In this document: one piece after another, positions 33,701 through 43,200 of the stretch
Numbering within the stretch: the first letter of the stretch is position 1
Layout of the letters: the number at the start of each line of letters is the position of its first letter
Source of the DNA: Eutreptiella sp. 'Long Island Sound 2002'
Taxonomy: Eukaryota > Protista > Euglenida
DNA length: 64,000 bases
Direction of reading: 5' to 3'
NCBI GenBank assembly: GCA_964036045.1
Contig: OZ038378.1
Location: 178,932,001 to 178,996,000, forward strand
Position numbers and translations under genes: made by a program
The notes under the pieces: generated by a model
Database searches by the model: none
What the model was told of the DNA's origin: nothing
The model's input: the letters and a program-made list of their open reading frames with translations, nothing else

Positions 33701-35597
33701 CCAGCAATGGTACGACAAGCACACAGAGCATTGGAACAATATGTATCACAAAGCCCACATTGGTGGAAAAACATGACACATATGCAAGCATATCAAAAGC
33801 TGAAAACACGCATCAGAGACGCATGGGATGTCACACAACTGGAACGTAAACTACAGATATCGCTCTTCACAACACAGCACAAAACGCAACCATCAGCACC
33901 ACGAAAACCACTATACAGAAAGATATTGAGGGAACAGAGACAAGGCAGAATAGAGCCTACCTTCATGGCAGGTGTATCGACCCCCACAGAATTACATGGC
34001 CTCATTGGAATGGACCAATTCCGTCAACGCCATTTGACCCCTCCTCTCAGTATGAGTAAGCCACATATACAGCAATACATGCAGTGGCCACGCTTGTGTA
34101 TCCCAGATTTTCGTATTACAGTTTCCATGATCCGGTACGTCCTGTCACAAGCCTCACACACCACCCCCTATCATGATCGATTAGAGTACAAGTTTCTGAG
34201 TTTCCTTTCAATCAGTTGTCAGTTGGTTGGTCAGTCAGTTGGAGTTGTTAGTACAAATTTACAACCATTGGTACAATGGGGAACAACTACATACCATCTT
34301 CCAAGGTGATTTCTACGCCTTACCTAATAAACTGCCCCATGGATCCATAGCAAATGCCCACCCCCTTTTGAATTTCACCACAATTTGGAAAGTCTTTTCG
34401 GCATGTTTGAAATGTTTCTTAACCCCCATTTTGTGTCAGCCAGAAATCATCCCACCGTTACAGTTTGCTCTGCATGGTGGTGCTTCCGCCATAGACACAC
34501 TCCAAGTCGTCCATGATCATATATTAGATTGATGGTATGCAGGATTGGTAGCATGCTTGGTATTTGATGATGTAAAACATGCATTTGGCTCAGTCCAACA
34601 TGATACTTTGGAGGCAGTGTTACAATTGCTTCATTTTCCTTGACAGCTCATTCACATACTCATGAATGCAGCCACAGGATCCACTTTGCATATGGGTGGT
34701 ACGAACGGCATAGAAAAAGCTTCAGCAAAATTCAAAGGAGGTATCGCACAAGGGTGCCCAATGTCAGCATTGCTTTTCTGCATCTTGTTAGAACTTCGCA
34801 TACGAATGGTCACCCATGATATACCAGCCCCCTGCACTGGATGTGGCCACTTTGGCCATGTGGCATACATGGATGATACCACCTATCTCCTTAATTCAGT
34901 GCTAGATATTCAACATTTGTTGAACAATTTGTTTCAGACAGGCATCTTGACACATTTGCACACGTCCACTACCAAACTTTTGATTGCAGTTGCACACCGT
35001 CAGGGCTTGAAAACAATTTTTCAACAACCAGACATTTTGGCTGGTGGCAGCAGGGCTCCTATAGCAGATGGCAACACATACATCCAGCTCCTGGGCCGAC
35101 ATGCCTTCCCACACATTTTCCACGCCACGGGTCTTGTAAAAATGATGAGTGCATCACGCAGAGCAAGTATAGTACTCAGATACACACGACTACTGTCCAA
35201 TTACCCCATTCTGATGCATGGTGCAGCAGCAGGAGGTGTACACAGATGGTCAGGAGGCATTCACCCTCCAGCACCAGGTTCCATGAGATTGTCAAACCAT
35301 CCCACAGCATCGGCACTTCGTGCCACAGCGAATTGGAAGGATGCTCCCTCTGCATTGTTCTTACAGTCACTAGAATCAGGATGGACAGGTATACAATCAG
35401 CATAGATGCAGTCAGCGAGACGCCCTATGGTACTCCCCCAGGCTCCGACAAAAACACGTGGTACACAAGCCGGAAGGGGCATAGCAACGCAGTGGGTCTC
35501 CTGGTTGCAGAGGATGAGTCGGAGGTCCGTGCGACCAGCTTCCGGCGCAGTGGACGGCCAGTCACCGTACACTAGTCCTCCTCCTCCTCCTCCTCCC
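30780..35597 (+). mobile_element. Decayed, rearranged LINE: inverted 5' ORF1 segment, then plus-strand ORF1 3' part, EN and RT, ending in (CCT)n
   Basis: The minus ORF 31885-30611 aligns by eye to the N-terminus of ORF1 of the intact LINE (PAAF..CDALRW.T..GK; SWITAPT). Plus-strand pieces align to ORF1 (SGWRVNWKKA), EN (GG.F..NPGWD, SDHTP) and RT (DDVKHAFGSVQH, GGIAQGCPMS, YMDDTT). TGA stops lie at 34530 and 34641, with a frameshift near 34220. Confidence 0.9.
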
Positions 35598-35599
35598 CC

Positions 35600-36030
35600 C
35601 GGCCCTTCTTAAGTGGAGCCCCCTCCGCCACGGGGGCGCCAGTCCGTAAAATCTTGATGCCAGAGGTTGGGGCAGTTCCAAAACAGGACATTGCATGTGG
35701 GCCTGAGTGACTGGTGGTACTCTCGTCACCTCTCCCCCCACACACACAAATACCACAAACTGGATTGTTTGCCGCCCAAATTCAAAATTCTGCCCTTCCC
35801 AAACAGGGGAGGGCACAGGCAGGGTACGCTTAAAGGAGCAGGAGGCTGAAGGGAGGTGGGTTTCGAAAAGGTTGCAAAAGCAGCCAGTCGTGGGTGCAAA
35901 AGCGGTTGGGGGCAAGGGCTGGCGGTTACAAAATGTTTGGTGGGCCTTTGCGGGCGAAAAAAAGCGGTTGGGGCGGAACGGACTGACCCGAGGGGGGGGG
36001 GGGGGGTGTTGTCTCCTCCTTCAAGCGAAT
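35600..36030. repeat. Interspersed repeat fragment between the LINE tail and the pogo element
   Basis: gcaaaagcggttggggg..ggctggcggttacaaaatg-type sequence ending in a G-run. It reads as a dispersed repeat, but no second full copy is in the window. Confidence 0.3.
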
Positions 36031-36091
36031 TTGCCCACAGCAGCGACGGCGGCCGTGGCAGAAGCCAGCAGCAGCAGCACTCGGCAAGCAA

Positions 36092-38151
36092 CAGTAAACC
36101 CCTCCCCCTTTTAATATCACGCGCGTGATATTATTTCGGTGCGTGATATTATTTTGGGCGTGATATTATTTTGACCACCCCCTGCCTGTCCACCAGATTT
36201 TTGTTGTGATGGTTCGTGACTCTGAAGTTCCATTTCTTGCTGATGTTATTGAGGCCCGGCAGCACGATGAGCTTGTTGTTGAACATGTTTTTGAAGCTGT
36301 GACTGATGATGAGGTGTCGGACATTGAGGAGTACTCCACTGGGGATGACGCTGACAGTGATGTTGAAAACGCTGCTGGGCCAGAAGTTCCTCGTGCTGAA
36401 GTTCCTGGTGATGAAGTTCCTGATGCTGAAGTTCCTGATGCTGAAGTTCCTGATGATGAAGTTCCTGATGGTGAAGTTCCTGATGCTGAAGGTCCTGAAC
36501 CTGCTGTTGTTCCTGGTGTTGATGGTGATGCTGATGAAATTGCTCATGCTGCTGCTGATGATGCTGCTGACAATGCTGGTGATGATCCAACTGCAGCTAC
36601 CAAAAATGAGCGCTTCGTCCAGGCCAAAAAAAATTATCATCGGGGTAAAGGATCGAGGAACACATTGGGAAAGAGACGACGGGTTGACGCACACATCAGG
36701 GTGAAAAGACGTGATGTTGCCCTGCTGCGCGAAGGCCAAACTTTCGCCACCATCCAGCGCGCAATCTGGGACATCACTAATGAGCAGTTCTTCCTCGTGA
36801 ACCAAAGACAATTAAATAATTGGGTCAAAATTGTTGATAAACTGGAGGGCTGTGTGATTGCGCGCACAGCAAAACGCATCAGGGGAGGAGGGCGAAGTGT
36901 CCATTATATGCAATATGACGTTGCTTTGTATCAGTGGTTTTCTGACAGGCGCGCACAGAACCAGCCTGTCACAGCTCGTCAATTGAATGACGAAGCCCAG
37001 CGCATTGCCTCAGTTGATGGCAGAATGGTGTCCCGTCGCTGGCTGGAGAAGTTTAGGAAAAGACACAGCATTGTGCTACGGAAGTGCCAAAGGAAAACAC
37101 AACTGTCAGCAGCTGAGCGCACTGCCCGCCTTCAGAAATTTTACGCTTATATCTATTTGCAACCGTCAACCATTTCTGTGTGGGTCAATTTTGATGAAAT
37201 ACCAGCCACTCTGGCTGGTGTGATGGGCAGTGTTCAGACGTTGGAACACGCTGGAACAGCCAATGTGATGGTAAATTTTCAAGAGAGCCATTTCAAACGG
37301 ATGGGCACTTTGATAGCAATGCTGGGGGTAAAAAAACAAGGGGACCTGTACTGTGCTGTAAAACTGAAACCTGCAGTTTTGCTGAAATGCAAGAAGAGCA
37401 AGGTTGTACAAAATCCCCACCAGTTGCAGTGTGTAACAAATGCAACGGGCGTCATCAACACACAATACATGCGTGACCACTTCATCCCATACTTGCAAGC
37501 ACAGCTCCAGAATGTGGGGGGGGAGTGCATTATTATTTTGGACTCGGCGTCTGCACACATTTCACAAGCTGTGCTGCAGGCCCTCAGGCACTGTGGTCTG
37601 AGGTATGCTGTGATACCAGGTGGCCTAACCATGTTTATTCAATCGATTGACACTGCATTGGCTGCCTTGTATCGTTCAGCCCACCACAGGTTGTATGTTT
37701 CGCACATGGAGCATCAGGCCAAGCTAACTGCTGCACAACAGCGAGATTTGTTTGTTGAGTTGTGCTATAGTGGCCTGACTGCAGCCACTGCCAACCTGGA
37801 TGTGCCTGCAATATTCCGGGATCTTGGTTATATTGATCCCAGCAAAGCAAAGCTTCGAATCCCCTACCAGTTTGCACCCCCAGAAGTTCAGCCCCAGAAT
37901 GCTGCAGCTGCGAAGCCCAAGCCGAAACCCAAGGCAAGAGCACGCCAGCTATCTATGGCCACTTTTCTCGCACCAAAATAACTATGTGTTTTGGTTGACA
38001 ATCACGTTTCCCACAGTGTTTTGCCTTGCTGTCTGCGATGTGCTCAGGTGGCCAAAATGCATGCGTGATATTATTTTAGTGGTCCAAAATATTATCATGC
38101 ATGCGTGATATTATTTCGGTGCGTGATAATAAAGGGGGGGGTGGTTTAGAT
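36092..38151 (+). mobile_element. pogo/Tigger-like DNA transposon with ~30-bp imperfect TIRs
   Basis: The left end TAAACCCCTCCCCCTTTTAATATCACGC matches the reverse complement of the right end (TAAACCACCCCCCCCTTTATTATCACGC). GCGTGATATTATTT subterminal repeats occur at both ends. Confidence 0.8.
36206..37981 (+). CDS. pogo-like transposase (CENP-B/Tc5 HTH + DDE_1 domain, DD35D), 591 aa
   Basis: HTH LYQWFSDRRAQNQPVT...SRRWLEKFRKRH. Catalytic NFDE, LDSASAH and PGGLTMFIQSID, with 35 residues between D2 and D3. Confidence 0.9.
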   Translation: MMVRDSEVPFLADVIEARQHDELVVEHVFEAVTDDEVSDIEEYSTGDDADSDVENAAGPEVPRAEVPGDEVPDAEVPDAEVPDDEVPDGEVPDAEGPEPAVVPGVDGDADEIAHAAADDAADNAGDDPTAATKNERFVQAKKNYHRGKGSRNTLGKRRRVDAHIRVKRRDVALLREGQTFATIQRAIWDITNEQFFLVNQRQLNNWVKIVDKLEGCVIARTAKRIRGGGRSVHYMQYDVALYQWFSDRRAQNQPVTARQLNDEAQRIASVDGRMVSRRWLEKFRKRHSIVLRKCQRKTQLSAAERTARLQKFYAYIYLQPSTISVWVNFDEIPATLAGVMGSVQTLEHAGTANVMVNFQESHFKRMGTLIAMLGVKKQGDLYCAVKLKPAVLLKCKKSKVVQNPHQLQCVTNATGVINTQYMRDHFIPYLQAQLQNVGGECIIILDSASAHISQAVLQALRHCGLRYAVIPGGLTMFIQSIDTALAALYRSAHHRLYVSHMEHQAKLTAAQQRDLFVELCYSGLTAATANLDVPAIFRDLGYIDPSKAKLRIPYQFAPPEVQPQNAAAAKPKPKPKARARQLSMATFLAPK

Positions 38152-40274
38152 ATGGCCCCGCACGCCCCTTGATCTACAACCGCTCCAATGGCCACCGAGG
38201 CCATCGTTCTGTCAGAGACTACCGTTTGGACAAAGACTTGATCATGGCCTCGCGCTCTCTCGTGGCGCTTGTTATCTTTTTCATCTCCCGCTCGTCCCGC
38301 AGCTTCTTCAACTCCCAGTCCTCTCGCTCCGCACGGAACTCTTTCCTGAGGAATGGGAGTATGCGTACCACAGGGTACAGCCTTTACGGACCCCCCCCGA
38401 CCCTCCCCAGCGGCGCTGGGCGCCAGGTGTACTGCACGGTTCCCCACCAGCCTTTATGGAGCACCGCCCCGCCCACATGAGGGGCCGAAGTTCCCGATAC
38501 AAGTCGCCGTTGGGACGCCCCTACCATTTTCCCGCCGGTTTCACTTCACGTCGCATTGTGCGTCATCAACCACCCCAGAAAACCATGGACATTGTGCACA
38601 GGCCCACGCTGGCGCCGCAGCTGGACTCGACAGTGGTAGAGAGCACGGTCAGCCCCAAGGCCTTGCCAACTGCCTATTTCCCAGTGCCCAACAGGACCGA
38701 CGTTCGCGGGCCTGGGCCCGGGCCACTGCTACCGCTGCACCAGTGTCCAGTGCTGTGGGGGATTGCCATAAATGCCAAATAAATATGCCGGTTGATACTT
38801 CCGGATGTGCCCAATTGTTCAAGCTTTGAAAAGGAGATTGTAAACTTTGTTTGCCCCCAGACAGTGGGGAAACGTATTTTGGTAGGCGAGAGTGGGGCAG
38901 TTGGGGGTGGGGTACTTAAAGGCTGGTGGGATGTCATGTAAACCCGCCCTGCCAGATGCATGCGTGATATTATTTCGGTGCGTAATAATACGTGGGGGGG
39001 GGGGGGGCACAGATGCTGCAGTTGTGGTGATGCATCCGGACAAATGGGGGGAAACGGGTTCACACCTTCTCAACTCCTCATCATCCTCCAGGAAGGTATG
39101 ACCCTCCTCGGCAGCCCTTGCCCACTCCTTTGCTTCTTCCTTGAGATTTTTGGCCTTCTTCGCCTTCTTTCGTGCCTCCTTCTTCTTCGCGATGTAATCC
39201 TCTTTGGCCTTCTTGCGCTCCCAAGCACGCAGGTCATAGTACCTGCAGCAGCAGCGATGCACAGCAGCAGTGAGTAATCGTGCACAGTCTGACCGGCAGC
39301 GCTCAAAGACGTCACCCCCTCCAACCCTCTTCCGCTTCTCATATGACAGGCATCCCCAGCCCCAGCAGTCTGTGATGCATAAACGAAGCAACAACGTGCA
39401 TCAACTCAAAACACAGGAAGCTGGAATGAAGTCCTGCCATCGACGGCTGAATGTTTCGTGAAAAGATCAAATGCACAAATGCTTCATTTTCTTGAGGGCC
39501 AAAGAGCCAGAATTGCATCTGCCGAAACAAAATATTCGGCCATTACAGCACTGACATGACTTGACTTCGGCAAAATCATTGAGTACAACGAAGCACCGCT
39601 TGGAGCAAACTTGCAACTTGGCATGCCGAATCCATTGCCTCCTGTAATATGGCGCCCCTCAAACCGAGCGGCAACCTCACCCTAGTCTCAGACTCGAGTG
39701 GGCACTGATGATGATGCGGGTGTTCGTGTCGCCCGCAAATCCGTGGTGCACTGGGGTCATTCGCAGAGTACTAAGCACAATCAGGGCAGTCGACACACGA
39801 AATGGTGGGCCGGAATGGGAGCGTAACGGGTTGGGAGGAGGAGGAGGAGGAGGAGGAGGACCTGCGACCCAGCCCTTGCTGGCCGCACGACTAGCACCGC
39901 GAGAAACACGCCAATGCTAGCTGGTTCCCGTTAGCTCCGCCTCGCTGAGATGCAGTGGGTCTTTCGCGGTGCATGCAGGAATGTGCCCTAGGACCTTTCG
40001 GCTCACATTCCCCCGCTCACCCTATCCGTGGGTACCCCAACCGAAGCCTGACAGGTGGTAGCCAAGTGGGACAATATGCTCAGCACATACGGTCCTAGCA
40101 TCAGCATGATCACCCCGGAATCCAGTTAGCAGTGTGTCCCACAGATTGCTTTCATTGCTTAACTTGCGTAAGGTGATGCTAGTTACAATGGTCTAGTGGC
40201 TTCTCTCTTGGAGTCTGACAATAGTACTGTTCTTGCCAAGGGCACGCGAGCAAACAAAGGCATTCACGACAAGT

Positions 40275-43200
40275 TCACCAAGGCTCTTCAACCCACTTGT
40301 CCATACTGGGTTGAAACTTCAGTCTATAATCTTGTGTGCTCATCTTGTGAGGTAATCCTAGTAAAGCGAACAGCTGTTGAAATGCCGCCAATAGGGCACG
40401 CAACCGTTTGACGGAATATACTTGTTCTTGTACCACTAAACAAGTGATCATGCGCTGATTCTCTGGATATCCAAACGTCATGCTCCAAAATATGGTACCC
40501 TGAAGGTTCGTGCCTATAACAGGCTTTTCAACCGAATCAATAAGCCATACAGTGGGAACATTGTGTTGTAGCTTGCGCATGTCCCGCATATCTGTGACAA
40601 ACCAGTATGTGACTGGTGTGAGCGAGTGCGCCATCAAGCGCATCTTGGGCAAATACACATGAAAATGCATGCGATTTCCTAAGAGGAACAGCAAAGGCGC
40701 ATGTGGCCACACTACCCACACTTCAGGGTATGATGCCCATGAGTGCTTTGGTACTCTGTGCTGGTGCGCGAGTACGAAATGTGTCATGGGTGCCCCATTG
40801 AGGGCTGCAAAATCTTGGGTTTGTAACATGAGAGGCAAGGACGTTGCCTCTCGTAATAACTGCAGAGTGGTAAGTATAAAACCCAACAAACGTTGCTGTT
40901 TGGATTCGTTCACTCCCAGCTTTTCCATAGCATGTGTAGTGTCTGTTGTTGCTCTACCGTCTGGATTGATGCACAAAGAGATGTGATCGGCCTGTGCTCC
41001 TGGATAATACACACAATGCAACAAAATGGTTGCTGCTCCCCTTTGTACCCAAACTCCCCAAGGGGTAGGAATGCAATGTTTCCAGGATGGGATGACATCG
41101 GGTATCATGACTGCCAATTTGGAATAAACCAAATACAGTATTACATCTCTGTATGGGCATTCCTCACACATGTGCCTGGAGGTATTCTGCATTCCACACC
41201 AGATGCATTGTGCAGGATTTGGTTGCCAGATGCCCTGTCTGCATGCCACAGTATGTATATGTGTGTTCCATTGAATGTGCCCATTCATGAGGGCATTAGC
41301 ATACAAATCATACACTGGCTGTGGGGCACAGTACTCTACATCATGAGACTTACAATACAGCTCGGTCAGCTTGGTGTGCACATACTTGTCCCAATTATGA
41401 AACTGCTGACCTTCACAAGAAAACGTGATTTGTGGTTCTTGCAATTCGGAAATCCATCCTATGCTTGGCACTTGTGACAGCGCCGTTTCTTTGGCACAGC
41501 TATCTACACTGTCTAGAATGATATCCAACAGTGTACCCTTTCGATGGGAGTAAATATGCACTGGAACTTGATAGTCTTGAGACAATTGTTTACATGCCTG
41601 AAGTAAATCTCTCAAAATGGGTACAGTTTGCTCTGTATCTGACTGTAGGGCTGTAACATATGACTTAGAATCTGTATATGTATCCGATTTGGTATACCAC
41701 ACTCCATCTTGAGTTCCCAGCTTCTTTCTCACCAGGAGTGTTACCCAGGCCACATACATCTCTATGGCAAAAGAGTGGTCTAGGCTGATAGGACAATGTA
41801 TCGGGTATACTGTGTATTCCATCGTGTCATAATCACAAATGGCAAGAGCACCTCCTACCCTGCCATCTGATAATCTGGAACCGTCTGTGACAAAGAATGG
41901 GCGTTTGGGCAAAATCTTGATGTCTGGCAAAATGGCTGGACACGGAACTGAGGGCAACAGATCCACATTCGGTAAACAGAACATCCAATCCGGGATGGGC
42001 CAGCCAGCTTTTCTAGCCGCTGGCAAATTTTTATATCCAGCCGTCATCCATTCATGCATATGCACAGCTTGCCAATCATGTGTGCATTTATACATGTTGA
42101 TTTGTTCATCGATCTGCTTGACATATGCTGGGACATGAATGCGAATGTTCATGTGATGGGTGTATTTGAGAAATCTGTCATAATCTGTGCTGTGTGAGGG
42201 ACACATCTTTCCAAAGATATCTGGAACACATGGTATGCCTGGATGAAAATTTTGAAAGGCTCTCCATATACCATGAGTAACTGATTTCCGGACCAAAGGG
42301 TTCAGATGTCCTGCCTGCCTCATGATGGTGATGACAAATGTGTGTAACATGGTGACTGTGGCTGGATATATACCAGTCCATCCAGACTGTAATGATTGCA
42401 TGAAGGAGGCTGAAGGAATTTGACCCCAATTCGCTACACTCCTAATGGCAGAAGCAGCTGCAAAATCACATAATCTCATGGTGGCATGTGCTGGAGGCCT
42501 CACCCCTGCTATCCATCGTTGGGAACCTCCTGCACTTGCTGAGTACATAATCAAAGGGTAATTTGCTGGTAGCCTCTCATATCGAAGAGCAATACTTGCT
42601 CTTCTGCATGCTGATAATAACTTGATACAATCTTGTCGGTGGAAGATATGTGGCAAAACATGTCTTCCCAACAACCTGGCATATTCATTACCGTCTAATA
42701 ACTGCAGAGTGCTCCCTCCTGCTCGAAAATCGTGGCCGTGGTATTGTACCTTTCCACCTATCATAGACGCTACTATACCCGTCAGTTTGATTACTGAAGT
42801 GTGTAAGTGTGTGTATAGCCCTGCTGTCATCTGTCTGTCTAACAATTGCTGCATATCTTTTGCGCATTCCAAAACAAAGGTTGTATCATCCATATATGTG
42901 ACTCTGAGAAATCTCCCTCCTGGACTGATTGGTACTGGAACCTGATGAGTGATAATGGCGATGCGCAATTCCAGGAGTAAACAGAAAATCAAAGCTGAAA
43001 CAGGGCATCCCTGTGCAATACCTGCCCGAAATGTGGTGATGGCTAATTTCACTCCTTTTTTTCCGCCCATAAAAATTTTTGATTTGGTTGCTGCACCCAT
43101 AATGATAGTGATCCATCGTTCATGAAACCCTGCGAGTCGTAAGATTTGTTCCAATGTGGGGTGCTGAACAGAACCAAAAGCATGACGAATGTCATCTAAC

